Part shown: one piece after another, positions 20,747 through 31,900 of the stretch
Numbering within the stretch: position 1 is the first letter of the stretch
Layout of the letters: every line of letters begins with the position of its first letter
IMG/VR virus record: IMGVR_UViG_3300021962_000028
Location: 1-64,000 of that record
Source: a virus
Strand: one strand, 5' to 3'
Length of the DNA stretch: 64,000 nt
Notes under the pieces: model-generated
Databases searched by the model: none
What the model saw: the letters and a program-made list of their open reading frames with translations, nothing else
What the model was told of the DNA's origin: nothing
Program-made: the position numbers and the translations under genes

Positions 20747-21550
20747 TTATAACATTATATCAAAATATTCTCTCCAATCCGACTTTATTAAATAAAATAA
20801 ATCTTTTTGTCTGGTATAACAAATATCAAATATTTTTTCATCGCTACCAATGTAACCGTTATTAATAGATTCGTCAATTGTCTCAACAACTAATTCCAAT
20901 AAAGGACTAATTAAGTGGGATGGAAGTAAAAAACAAGTTCCTTGTATATTCCTAATTTGAGATAAACTATGATACTCTTTATTGGAAACATTAAAGTCTT
21001 GATTGTGACTGAAGAATGTAATCTTATTATGGTCTAAATTTTTAATTTTTGACATATTAGGCCATTGTTTGTTTTGATATAAACTAATATCGTTTCTCAA
21101 ACCGCCAGCGTCGGCCCATATAACCATATCATTATTAAAATATCTTTTTTCCACGGTATCTTTAAGGAAAAATACTTTGTTGAACATAATGATATTATAC
21201 AAAGGTTGACACATTTCTGGTACATCAGGAAACCCAACTTTAGATTTAAATGAATCTGAACTCATTAAAGAAGATAATGATTCATAATACTTTTCATACA
21301 TAGGTAATTCATTTAACGGTTGTTCAACAAATACAGTCTTTTCAAGGTTAGGGTCAAATTCTTTACGGTATTTAGTCAAATCATCAATAAATTTAGATTC
21401 GGTATATACTACAATATTACAATCTAAAGATAACGTATTTCTCATCCACCACCCGTAGGTGTGATAAGACATTCTAAAATTATTCCAATTTTCTCTACCT
21501 ATGTCGTATAGAGCCATTACGATAACAGGGTTATTTATATCCATTCCCAA
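20747..21550 (-). CDS. HtrL/YibB (WlaTC)-like glycosyltransferase
   Basis: VMALYDIGR, YNIIMFNKVFFL, IWADAG, GSDEKI. Confidence 0.7.
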   Translation of the reverse strand: MGMDINNPVIVMALYDIGRENWNNFRMSYHTYGWWMRNTLSLDCNIVVYTESKFIDDLTKYRKEFDPNLEKTVFVEQPLNELPMYEKYYESLSSLMSSDSFKSKVGFPDVPEMCQPLYNIIMFNKVFFLKDTVEKRYFNNDMVIWADAGGLRNDISLYQNKQWPNMSKIKNLDHNKITFFSHNQDFNVSNKEYHSLSQIRNIQGTCFLLPSHLISPLLELVVETIDESINNGYIGSDEKIFDICYTRQKDLFYLIKSDWREYFDIML

Positions 21551-22290
21551 TTTATTTTAATATTTTTATGTTGGATGTCTACATTATTGACATCAAAATA
21601 GTTTGAAGTATTATCTGGTTTAATTAATGAACTTAATTTATAACCGTATTTGTTTAACACTGTTGGGACAAATCCTTCGTGATAAGCATAATACCCATTA
21701 TTGTGTATTTCTAATAATTTCGAAAGAGCTTTATTAGAAAATCTTGTAGTGGGAAAAAATGACCCAAACATCTCGTTAGTATTTTCAGGTAATAAATCAC
21801 CGTCACCAGGAAATCTATCAAACCAATTATTTTTTGAAAAAGTTCTATTGTCAATTGTTGGGACGTTTTCTTGAGAAATTACTCCATTTTTTTTAAAACA
21901 AAAGTATGATAAGAAATCAGAATCATCACTATCAGTTTTAATAAAAAATTCATCCCAATTTTTCATTTTAATATCATCATCAAAAAACCAATAAAAGTCG
22001 TAATTTGGATTTTTAACATAAAAATATAACATTCTTAAATGAGCAAAAAACCAAACAATATTTCGATTACCATACGAATTCCAATAATGATGTTTACTAA
22101 CGTTAATATTAAAATTAAACTCATCTCGAATGTCTTGTTCTGTAAACTTAAACCCCACATCAAATGACGGGTCTTTTGTAATATCAGATAACCAAACCAT
22201 TTCTTTTTTATCTTTTGGGAAGTTTTCCCAGTTATTAACATAACTTTGAAAAACATCAGGTGTTGTACAAATACAATGTATATTATTCAT
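21535..22290 (-). CDS. Putative GT-A-fold glycosyltransferase
   Basis: YDFYWFFDDD, RFSNKAL, EGFVPT; within the GT operon. Confidence 0.55.
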   Translation of the reverse strand: MNNIHCICTTPDVFQSYVNNWENFPKDKKEMVWLSDITKDPSFDVGFKFTEQDIRDEFNFNINVSKHHYWNSYGNRNIVWFFAHLRMLYFYVKNPNYDFYWFFDDDIKMKNWDEFFIKTDSDDSDFLSYFCFKKNGVISQENVPTIDNRTFSKNNWFDRFPGDGDLLPENTNEMFGSFFPTTRFSNKALSKLLEIHNNGYYAYHEGFVPTVLNKYGYKLSSLIKPDNTSNYFDVNNVDIQHKNIKINWEWI

Positions 22291-23098
22291 ATTTTTTAGT
22301 TAAAAGTTCATTCCATTTAGGTATTCTATTAAATTGGTGTACTATATCATATGGGTTACCACTTTTTGTACATATTTTATCAGTAATTAATTGAGGTATT
22401 CCGTACCTGTTTTCAATGTTACCCTTAAACCCAAAACTTTCAAAAAATTGCGTTGGTCCCGCAATTGCACAGTGAACTACCCATCCATCCGTTAGATTAA
22501 AAATCTTTAATTTTTCAATCTCTTTATTTTTAACCATAACGATTAACGCTGCTTGGTCTTGAATGTTTGTAAGATTTGTACTATTTTCGCATAATTCAAA
22601 CATTCTTTTATATAATTTTATTAACGGTAATCTTTTACCTCCAATAACTCCAGAACATATTACTTCTTGGTTTCTACAATCATTATAGTCATTAGGAAAT
22701 AGTTTGTTAATCCAATCCGAATTCCAAGGTTCTTCACTTACTAATACACCTTCACCACCAACAAACACATCATAGTTTAAATCCATTTTATCAAATGGAT
22801 TTGATTGAAAAACAACATCAAAAACATCGGTTATTAAAAATAATTCGATATCAGAATTCTCTAAAAATTCAAAAGTTCTTTCAAGACGTTTATGATTTAT
22901 TCTCCAAGTATCCTGAATATTAACAGGTATTGGTATAATACCCATATCCTCACACTTTTTTAACTCATCTTCGGTTGAGTTAGTACATAATAAAATAACG
23001 TCCCCATCGACAAATTTTTTAAAACTATCTGACCATACTTTAATTTTTGAGATATGTTGACTTATGTTGTTTGAAACACCTAATAATGCTTTTTTCAT
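22283..23098 (-). CDS. Putative nucleotide-sugar glycosyltransferase
   Basis: ITDVFDVVFQSNPF, CSGVIGG, DQAAL, VHQFNR. Confidence 0.65.
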   Translation of the reverse strand: MKKALLGVSNNISQHISKIKVWSDSFKKFVDGDVILLCTNSTEDELKKCEDMGIIPIPVNIQDTWRINHKRLERTFEFLENSDIELFLITDVFDVVFQSNPFDKMDLNYDVFVGGEGVLVSEEPWNSDWINKLFPNDYNDCRNQEVICSGVIGGKRLPLIKLYKRMFELCENSTNLTNIQDQAALIVMVKNKEIEKLKIFNLTDGWVVHCAIAGPTQFFESFGFKGNIENRYGIPQLITDKICTKSGNPYDIVHQFNRIPKWNELLTKKYE

Positions 23099-23099
23099 A

Positions 23100-23672
23100 T
23101 TAACAATTATTGTTACTAATAATCAATTTATCGTTAAAATTAAGGATTGTTGGCCATAAATATTCCACGAGGTAATTGATATAATTTATTTTTTCGGTCT
23201 TAGGTAGAGTATCTCTAACTCTCTCATAAAACTCTATTGGATTTTTTAATATTAAATCTTTTGAAACTATTGATTGGGCTGAATTAATAAATTTAATTGG
23301 TTCACTATATGGTATTCCAGTATTTTTTGCATATTCAATTGTTTGTTTTAGAATGTCTTTATTATCTCTAATATAAGTCTTACCTAACGGTAAAAATTCC
23401 TTTTTAAAATCAAATCCATTAACCTTTTCAATAAATGAGTTACAATGATAAAATGGATTGTCTTGGGAAAAACAAACAAAATCAGGTAGATTATTATAAT
23501 TATCAATAATGTAGGTTAAATACACTATAGTATCAAATCCCACATTTGGTAAGTTATTCTCAAACTTATGATTGTTTTCGGGGTTTTTATTGTAAATCAC
23601 GTAATTGTGTTTTAACTCACTAACCCATTCTAAACTTTCTTTAAAATGACATATTACAACGATTAAATTCAT
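23100..23672 (-). CDS. DUF3431-like protein
   Basis: VVICHFKESLEW, LPNVG, YLTYIIDNYNNLPD..FSQDNPFYH. Confidence 0.7.
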   Translation of the reverse strand: MNLIVVICHFKESLEWVSELKHNYVIYNKNPENNHKFENNLPNVGFDTIVYLTYIIDNYNNLPDFVCFSQDNPFYHCNSFIEKVNGFDFKKEFLPLGKTYIRDNKDILKQTIEYAKNTGIPYSEPIKFINSAQSIVSKDLILKNPIEFYERVRDTLPKTEKINYINYLVEYLWPTILNFNDKLIISNNNC

Positions 23673-24919
23673 AATTTACCTTCTAGTTTATCACACCATC
23701 CTTTAGATGTTGAATACGGCCAAACAACCCATTTTGATGGTTTTTCTGCGGTTTGAAACTCTCTCCAAATCTTACAATAACCGTCTCTATCAGATTTAAG
23801 TCTTGCAATCTCGTTTTTATCGGCATCTTTTCTGAATAATTCTTGACCACCCTCTCTTTCAAAAATTACCGCCCAAAATTCATAATCGTTTTCAGGTACT
23901 TGGTTAAATGACACATCTATACAGTGTTTAAAAATTGACGAGAAACTACTCATCCATTCTTCGTCATTTTTGTAAGGGTTAGGGTTTGGTGGGTATTTTT
24001 TATCTAAGGTATATTGTTGTACCGACCTTTTACTAAAAAGAAGACCAGAATACTTTTCATAATCTCTAAGTGTTCTTTCAGTTCCGAAACCAAAAATACC
24101 AAATTCCTCAGGGTCAAATACCTCACCATCCATACTAAATAATCGTCTATTTTTTGCGTGGGCTCTTGAATTTTTTTCACCCCAAGTTTTGTCATCATCC
24201 CATTGTTTGGTTCTTCCCTTACGAGTATATTCGTGCCATACAACAACTTTGTGTGGATGAAATAAATCATATCCGTGAGTATACGCTCTAGCAGCAATTG
24301 AAATTTCTTCACCGTGAAAATAAAATTCAGGGTCGTGTTGGACTTCTTTAGAAAACTGTCCTAATGTAAAGGCGAAGTGTGCAGAATAAAACCTTGAAGT
24401 TATCGGTTCTGTTAAGTTTTGCCATCCTGGTATTGTTTCAGGTAAAAAGAATACCGCACCTTCAGGAATGAACCTATCGAACGCCATTCTCCACGGAACT
24501 GTGACTCGACCCTTAGGGTCATTCTCAGGGTCAAATGAAGAAACGTAACCTGTTAATAATGGTTTCTTATAACCTTTTTTTTGTAAACCTTTAATCATAT
24601 CTATCAAAGTCTTATCCCAATTCTTCTCGAATCTCATATGGGAATCGATTTGCATTGTATAGTCTTCTTCCTGATATAATTGTTGTGTTAAGTGTCTTGC
24701 CCAACAAACTCCTTTAGATTCTTCATATGGTATGTTTAAAATTCTAAATCTATCATCGTTCTCATATTCAGATAAATCGTCAAATTTATCTTCAGGATGA
24801 AATTGTCTTGCAATTGAAAAAACTAAATTTTTTGGGTTCTTAGCTTTATCGATAGCGTCTTTGATTGTTGGTATTAACTGAGGGTCTCGATAAGAGGCGA
24901 TTTGAATAAAAATTTTCAT
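23669..24919 (-). CDS. GT60-family (Skp1 Gnt1-like) polypeptide GlcNAc-transferase
   Basis: IFIQIASYRDPQL, SKGVCWARH, QIDSHMRFEKNWD, FHGEEISIAARAYTHGYD. Confidence 0.85.
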   Translation of the reverse strand: MKIFIQIASYRDPQLIPTIKDAIDKAKNPKNLVFSIARQFHPEDKFDDLSEYENDDRFRILNIPYEESKGVCWARHLTQQLYQEEDYTMQIDSHMRFEKNWDKTLIDMIKGLQKKGYKKPLLTGYVSSFDPENDPKGRVTVPWRMAFDRFIPEGAVFFLPETIPGWQNLTEPITSRFYSAHFAFTLGQFSKEVQHDPEFYFHGEEISIAARAYTHGYDLFHPHKVVVWHEYTRKGRTKQWDDDKTWGEKNSRAHAKNRRLFSMDGEVFDPEEFGIFGFGTERTLRDYEKYSGLLFSKRSVQQYTLDKKYPPNPNPYKNDEEWMSSFSSIFKHCIDVSFNQVPENDYEFWAVIFEREGGQELFRKDADKNEIARLKSDRDGYCKIWREFQTAEKPSKWVVWPYSTSKGWCDKLEGKL

Positions 24920-24965
24920 ATTAGTATTTTAGATACTAAAATATAGGAAATAAAGGAGTAATATA

Positions 24966-24998
24966 AATAAAAAATCCCTCAAGATATACTGAGGGATT
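24966..24998 (-). terminator. Terminator after the fibre operon
   Basis: AATCCCTCA..TGAGGGATT stem with a T tail on the minus strand. Confidence 0.75.
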
Positions 24999-25019
24999 GA
25001 TTTGAATTTGTTTAAAAAA

Positions 25020-26534
25020 TTAATAAATCTTATTTAATACAAATATATCCGAGTATATTGCGTTTGACGCACTGTTACTACTAAATTCAACGGTCGCATT
25101 TAAAGTGTTTGATACTGTAGTATCAAAAGTTGTATTATTAACAGTATTGAAGGCGAATCCTTCTGGTGCCCCATTAGATTGTTTTGTAGTATGAAATACC
25201 CCAAGAGAAACGATAGATGCAATCCCTGCAGAACCTGTTGCTCTTATAGTGAAATTAACTGAGAATTGCCACACGTCATTTGTTGCTGCATTCATAGTTT
25301 GAGGTCCACTATCAGCCAAAACAACCGAGCCAGATTTGACCCTTATTCGTATGGTGTCCGCATTTTTTGAAGATAATAAACCGCCAAAATCAGCTCTAAA
25401 ACTATCACCAATTTGAAATTGATTTGGACCTACAGTTAATGTCCCAACACCCCCATCAATCAATGTTGATTCTACGGTAGTCGCACTTACTACAATACTA
25501 TTACCTGTTTGTGAGAATAATCCATAAACTGTTGGGAAGGGAGCCGCGGGAGCTGATGTTCCTGATGTTCCATTAACCCCTGAACTACCACTAGTACCTG
25601 ATGTTCCTGATTCACCTGAACTACCACTAGTACCTGATGTTCCTGATTCTCCTGAACTACCACTAGTACCTGAAGACCCATTACTTGTTCCTGAAGAACC
25701 TGATGTTCCTGAAGAACCTGATGTTCCACCTAAATAATATAAGGTTGTTGTTACGAATGAATAATGACTAATCCCTTCAGTAACAAATGTTAAAGAATGA
25801 GTCTGATTAAATTGATTATTATTCTTACCTATTACTTTTACAACTATCCTATCTGTAATATCTAAAGTACTACCTGACTGATATATATCACTAACATACA
25901 TCGCAACATTAGGTGAATTTGTAGTAACAGGTACGGGGTCAGAACTAAATAAAAACGTTTCGGTCCCGCCACTATCTCTTTTATAAACTTTACAATATAT
26001 TTCAAAAACCGAATTTTGATTTTGTTTATACGCGTGTAAATTAAATGTCCAAACACCTGGTGGTAATACACTAATACCAGGATAGTCTACAGGTGTTTGA
26101 TATTCAGCAATAACACCTTCTGTTTGTGCGGAAACACTTACGGTTATTCCTGTTTCTGAAAAATTATCAGCAACTGGTGAAATTTCAAAATAAGGTGATT
26201 GGGTGTTTTGAGTATTAAAAAATAAAACCTGTCCGCTAGACACCCCATTAACTCCCGATGAACCATCAGTTCCTGAAGAACCACTAGTTCCATCAACACC
26301 TGAAGTACCACTTGAACCGTCAATACCAGACGTACCCGATTCTCCCGAACTACCTGATGTCCCACTTAAACCACTTGTTCCTGATGTCCCATTATCACCA
26401 TTTCTTGTTACCGCAGAAAAAGGTATTGATTCAGTCTGTCCTGAACTTACTGTATTGTAGTTTACGATAACCATTAAGGAGTCTGAGTATCCTGTGGTTG
26501 CTCTTGGTAATAACGATATTGGAGAATCTGACAT
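25020..26534 (-). CDS. Fibre-like virion protein with collagen-like G-T/S-S repeats
   Basis: Two blocks of GTSGSSG(E)SGTS triplets (approx. 26250-26400 and 25555-25730) between globular domains. Confidence 0.75.
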   Translation of the reverse strand: MSDSPISLLPRATTGYSDSLMVIVNYNTVSSGQTESIPFSAVTRNGDNGTSGTSGLSGTSGSSGESGTSGIDGSSGTSGVDGTSGSSGTDGSSGVNGVSSGQVLFFNTQNTQSPYFEISPVADNFSETGITVSVSAQTEGVIAEYQTPVDYPGISVLPPGVWTFNLHAYKQNQNSVFEIYCKVYKRDSGGTETFLFSSDPVPVTTNSPNVAMYVSDIYQSGSTLDITDRIVVKVIGKNNNQFNQTHSLTFVTEGISHYSFVTTTLYYLGGTSGSSGTSGSSGTSNGSSGTSGSSGESGTSGTSGSSGESGTSGTSGSSGVNGTSGTSAPAAPFPTVYGLFSQTGNSIVVSATTVESTLIDGGVGTLTVGPNQFQIGDSFRADFGGLLSSKNADTIRIRVKSGSVVLADSGPQTMNAATNDVWQFSVNFTIRATGSAGIASIVSLGVFHTTKQSNGAPEGFAFNTVNNTTFDTTVSNTLNATVEFSSNSASNAIYSDIFVLNKIY

Positions 26535-26542
26535 ATTTTAAA

Positions 26543-26788
26543 TTATTTAACTGTTATTATGTATTCTAAACCTGATTTATTTGGTGTTAAATCAGTGTCT
26601 TCAATTTTATTGTTTCCAAAGTAAAATTCTTCTGAGATTATTTCAAATGGTAAATTTAATTCTGTTTTAATTAAATTCTTAACATCTAATATTGTTAATC
26701 CTTCAGAAATGGTTATTCTATTTTCTTGTCTGAATAAAATCTTTTTTTCAGATTTCATTACTTTTACATCTATGTTTACACTTCTCAT
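26543..26788 (-). CDS. Small protein, probable ubiquitin-like beta-grasp fold
   Basis: TILDVKNLIKTELNLP..FYFGNNKIED resembles ubiquitin TIENVKAKIQDKEGIP..LIFAGKQLED; no C-terminal GG. Confidence 0.5.
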   Translation of the reverse strand: MRSVNIDVKVMKSEKKILFRQENRITISEGLTILDVKNLIKTELNLPFEIISEEFYFGNNKIEDTDLTPNKSGLEYIITVK

Positions 26789-26810
26789 ATTTTTGTTTTT
26801 TTAATTTTTA

Positions 26811-28859
26811 TTAATCCCACCAAACGATGTCATTTATAGAATCATAATTATCTAAATCGGTTATTTGTTCTATTAATACTGAATCCTCATTTATCATAAT
26901 CACAGTTCTAATTGGTGAATTTTGGAAAGTCACTATGTATCTATCTTTAAGAGCTTCAACATAAATCCAACTAGTAAATTCAGTATCATAACTATTTAGT
27001 AGATTTCCATTAAAATCATAAAGATTAATAATAATTAATGAAGTCTCAACTTGTTGATAAACGAATAATAATTTATCTTTACCAATCTCAATTCTATAAT
27101 CTTGATTTTCAGGTAGTAAAAATTCAGTACCTATAGAATCTGCCATTAAGAATCTACCATATCTCGTGTTAGGGTCGTATAAAAATAATTGGTTTGGGTC
27201 TAAAAAGGTATTTGAGAAATACCAATTAGGGTAATAAATGTTAGGGTATGAATTAATTGTTGTAAACTCAGTTGTCGTATTATTAATATAAAATGAATCT
27301 TGGTTTACTTTTAAATACAAGGTACCTCTTGTTGTATAATAATCTACACTAGGACTACCTGAATAAAATAAGTTATCAAGTAAAACACCTGACGAGTTAT
27401 AATACCCAAAATAAACATCTCCCGTAGTAGTGAAAATTGAACTATAAAAATTATTCTCAACCGAATCGTAATTCCAATAATTAACGTCAGTTATTAATAA
27501 ATTTGTATTTGTTAATGTAATTCCATTTGTGGAATTAAGTGATATCAAATTTAGATAACCTGATTCGTCAGTTCCAACAGTATACCAACCATCATCAGTT
27601 ATATACCCCCAAGGACTAATGGATTTACTGGTGTTTGCATAATTATATGTAGTAAATCCACTATCTCCGCTCAACATATAAACAATATCACAGTTTGAAG
27701 TTACTGTACCAATATTATTCCAACCATTGTATTGATAAAAAATCATAACAATATTATCAGAAATATTATCGTCAGGCCAAAATATACTGTTACTATTTAC
27801 TGAAAAATTATCAAAAAATTCTCTGTTATGATAATCAATAGTCATTGTATTAGTGTTACCATCAAAATGATAAATTTTATAATCAACGGTAGTATTATTA
27901 CCATCCCAAAAAATTAAAACTATTTTATTATTACCATAAAAATAATAATTCATATTGTTATAAGACGCTCCGTCTAAAACATAAGAATCTCCAATTATAC
28001 CACCATTTTCATCTCTGATATCAAATTCTTGGTAATATTGATTAACTTCATCGTATATAACCCCCACCATAAATGTTGTTTCCGCTTGTAATTTAAAATT
28101 AACGGTATATCCACTTTCGGCAAGAGCGTAAAACTCAGTTAAAGTACCATCTTGTTTACCTAAATAATAAGTTGTTTCATTATTATCTAGTGTATGTTTT
28201 CCAATTACTATAGATTTTTCTTTATTTGTTGCATCCCAATCCCATTCAATATCAACATAGTATAGACTAGGGTCCCACTCAAGTGTTAATACTACAGTTC
28301 CGTTAGAAACTTTTAAAACACCATTACTAATATCTTCATAAGACAACCATCTACCCTCAAGAGTGTCCATATCACGATTACTTGTAGTTGCACTATAGGT
28401 ACCAATTACCTGATTAGATGAGTCTGTAAAGATTACATACTTTTCTTGATAATCACCTCTACCCTCAAATTCATACATAAATCCTAACTCTGTTGATGGG
28501 TATATGTTATTTATAGCCCAATATGTTGCATCAATACCGAAATCAATTATTTCTGCAGTGAAATCAGTTGCGTTCATTGTAACAACACCATAATTATTAG
28601 AATCAATTATTTGAGATACTAATACAAATAATTCTTTTTCTGTTATTGGTTCTTCAATAAATAAAGTATATGTGTAATCATATTCAATCACATTTAAGTT
28701 ATAATAACCATATGGATGTGATGTAATGTTATTAAAAGGAATTGTTTTTTCCCCAAGATTTTGAGTGTCACCTGAAGTTGTACCAGTGACTGGCGTAAAT
28801 GTGACAGTTGCGGTTTTACCACTTAAATTATCACTTAATATTCTTGCTCCTATTGCCAT
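26811..28859 (-). CDS. Hypothetical beta-rich virion protein
   Basis: 682 aa, Tyr/Asn/Asp/Thr-rich; fibre operon; TATTTAT upstream. Confidence 0.7.
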   Translation of the reverse strand: MAIGARILSDNLSGKTATVTFTPVTGTTSGDTQNLGEKTIPFNNITSHPYGYYNLNVIEYDYTYTLFIEEPITEKELFVLVSQIIDSNNYGVVTMNATDFTAEIIDFGIDATYWAINNIYPSTELGFMYEFEGRGDYQEKYVIFTDSSNQVIGTYSATTSNRDMDTLEGRWLSYEDISNGVLKVSNGTVVLTLEWDPSLYYVDIEWDWDATNKEKSIVIGKHTLDNNETTYYLGKQDGTLTEFYALAESGYTVNFKLQAETTFMVGVIYDEVNQYYQEFDIRDENGGIIGDSYVLDGASYNNMNYYFYGNNKIVLIFWDGNNTTVDYKIYHFDGNTNTMTIDYHNREFFDNFSVNSNSIFWPDDNISDNIVMIFYQYNGWNNIGTVTSNCDIVYMLSGDSGFTTYNYANTSKSISPWGYITDDGWYTVGTDESGYLNLISLNSTNGITLTNTNLLITDVNYWNYDSVENNFYSSIFTTTGDVYFGYYNSSGVLLDNLFYSGSPSVDYYTTRGTLYLKVNQDSFYINNTTTEFTTINSYPNIYYPNWYFSNTFLDPNQLFLYDPNTRYGRFLMADSIGTEFLLPENQDYRIEIGKDKLLFVYQQVETSLIIINLYDFNGNLLNSYDTEFTSWIYVEALKDRYIVTFQNSPIRTVIMINEDSVLIEQITDLDNYDSINDIVWWD

Positions 28860-28900
28860 AATTTTTTTATTTTATAAATATCTTTTATTTTTTGTTTATT

Positions 28901-31900
28901 TTATACGAAAGTCAATTTCCAAGACACAATATTGTGATAATCTTGAGCCCCACCTGTGGCGGCACCAAAACCTATGTAATAAGGTGTCGAGTCAAACGCA
29001 AATCCATTGTATTGTTTATTTGGCGTACCAGGTTTAGTGTTCGTGGTATTAAAGTATAAATTAAGTGTTTGGGTTGAATGAGTATAATCCGCCCAAAAAT
29101 ATAATACTTGTCTAAAGTACCCTGAACTAACAGAATCTGTTGATTGTAAAACATTATTCTTAAACCATCTGAAATTATTAACTGTATACGTATAAAACCC
29201 TATCGCATTTATTGTACTAGACTCCGTAATTAAACCAATTCCTCCACCTCCAGAACCGTTAGTATTGTTGGTTGTTGTCCATTGGATACAATATCCGTCA
29301 GCACCTGTTCCTCCTCCTATATATGATTTCCACTCAAGTGAAAAATCTCTATCATATCTAACCGAGGTTGACCTATAAAGGTTACCTGTCGACGCAACTG
29401 TTGGTGATGTTAAATAAATTTCGTTTGATGTTTGTTCAACATAAGGACCAACTAATTCAAGTCCTGAAATTGATGAAAAATCAGTGTAATCAAAACCGTC
29501 TAAATTAGGTGTCGGTGTCGGTGTCGGTGTAGGTGTTGATGTTGGGGTTGATGTTGGGGTTGGTGTTGAAGTTGGTAATGGTACGTCAATATTATAATAA
29601 CTAATACAAACAGGTTCACTTAGATTAAAATTACCAATTGAAGGTATGATTAATGTTAATTGAGGTTGAGGTTCGGGTCCACTATTACCATTATTAAAAA
29701 ACATACCAAATTCATAACTAATAGAACCACTATAACCACTGTAAACCACGTATCTATTTCCTTGAGCGAATGTTAAAACGAAAGGGTTTTGTAAATTTTC
29801 AAAATATGGATAAGAATTATTACCATTTCTATCTATTTCATTCCAATAAACCCCACCTAAAGTAAATGTGTTAGGGTCTAATGTTGCAACTCCACCATCA
29901 ATAAAATTAGGGAAAATAATGTTTCCATTACTTGGCGGCTGATAAGGAAGTACCACTAAGTTAAATGTTTTACCAGTACAAGATAATATTTCATAACTTA
30001 AATCGTTATTAGGTATTATTTTACTAATAATATCATTTATAGGTATTAAGTTATATGTGATATCATTACTTGGGATAACTTTAAAATTAAAGTCTCCGTT
30101 TGGAATTAACGCGTAATTGATATCGTTATTAGGTATTATTGTATAATTGAAGTCACCATCTGGTATTGTAATGTAATTTAAATCATTATCAGGGATAATC
30201 AAATAATTAAAATCGTTAACAGGTATTGGTGTGTTACATTCAATTATTAATCTACCACCATTTTCTTGTAATATATAGAAACCATTTTCTTGTAATAGAA
30301 AACAATTTTGGACTTGAGTCGGTGTAGGCGTTACGGTTGGCGTTTGTGTTATCGTAGGGGTTGGTGTAGGCGTTACGGTTGGTGTTTGTGTAGGCGTTAC
30401 GGTTGGTGTTTGTGTTATTGTAGGGGTTGGTGTAGGCGTTACGGTTGGTGTTGGTGTGTGATAGAAAGTTGTTGTTGTAGTCGTAATGGGTATTATAGTT
30501 GTTGTAGTTGTAGTAATAGGGTTTATTGTTGTAGTTGTCGTAGTAATAGGGTTTATTGTTGTAGTTGTCGTAGTAATAGGGATTATTACCGCACAATTAG
30601 GACAATCAAAATCAAATAACTCAAATTTATCTTTTAATAATAAAAAGTTATGTTTAACCTCATCGGCGGATAACGGCTCTGTGTACATTCTAAATTGAGA
30701 TATACCTCCGTCAAATGACCCCGCAAAATTTTGTTCTAATAATATGTTAGTCGTTAGACCTGATAAAGAGGTTCCACTCAATATATTGTTTGGTAAACAT
30801 TCAGGGTCTTGCTGGTAAACTAATCCACTTAATGATTCAGGACATCCTGTGAAAGTTAAGTTGTTATGTAACCCTTGAGTTCCTCCACCCCAGGATACGT
30901 TATACGGTACCCCAACCTGTCTTTCTTTTTCAGTGTCTAACGCCCTTGGTATTATTTCTTCAATATCCTCAAATGTGTGAAAGATTCTTCCGTTAACGTA
31001 AACTTTAATTCTACCTTTTCTGTACTCCTTTTCAATTAACCATCTTTCATTTAGTCTAACAACTTCAATTCTCTTGTCAATGTCAGGACCAACATCGGAT
31101 TTTGGTTCAATTAACCTTACAGATTCATTTACCAATGAGAATAGATAAGGGTCTTCACTAATTAACCCTAAACCTCCTTTATACCATAAATCACAAGTGT
31201 CAAACCAAGTATATCTTTCCCACACTAAATCTAATTGCACCCAATGTTCCTGTTGTAAAAACGCAGGGTTTACCTCTTGACAAAAGTCATATATACCTTT
31301 AGGAGTACATAAATTATCCACAGTATACCCTGTTTGATATGTTACTCCTGTTGTTGAACAAGTTCCTGTGGTGACACAGTCGCCTGTAAACCTTAAAATC
31401 CTAACACCTATCTGAGGGTTATGTGGGTCTCCACAAAGTTTAAAGGCGATTGCGTTTGATAAATCATCTAACTTTGGGTCTTTATCAGGATTAATTATCT
31501 CAGGGGTTTCAAGACAACCACATTCACAATCTATATTATGTGATACCGACTCTTGAGTTGGTTGATAAACTTGAATACAGTTTGAGTTGGTTATTGCCGT
31601 ACTTGAACAAGCACAGGTCTTTAGACAAGTTAAACTTTCAGTGACCCTTGTGTACCCACTATCGGAAATAGGATTTCCGTCCGCTCTATGATAAAATTTA
31701 TTTTCCGCTCTGGTTCCCAAATAAAAGAAAATATCTTTGTTATTAGGGTAGAAATTATTTAGTGTTGTTTGGTATGCTGGTGGATTAAACTCATCTATAA
31801 ATCTTGGTTTTAATAAAACCTCAACCGACCAACCTTTATTAACTCTTTCAGGGTATAATGTATAATCATATCCGAATAACTTGTAGAACCCCTGATAGAA

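Noticed and set aside
30252-30698. Repetitive ORFs (YYDNYNN, CRRYGW, VVVVV)
   Set aside because: Alternative-frame readings of the Thr/Pro repeats
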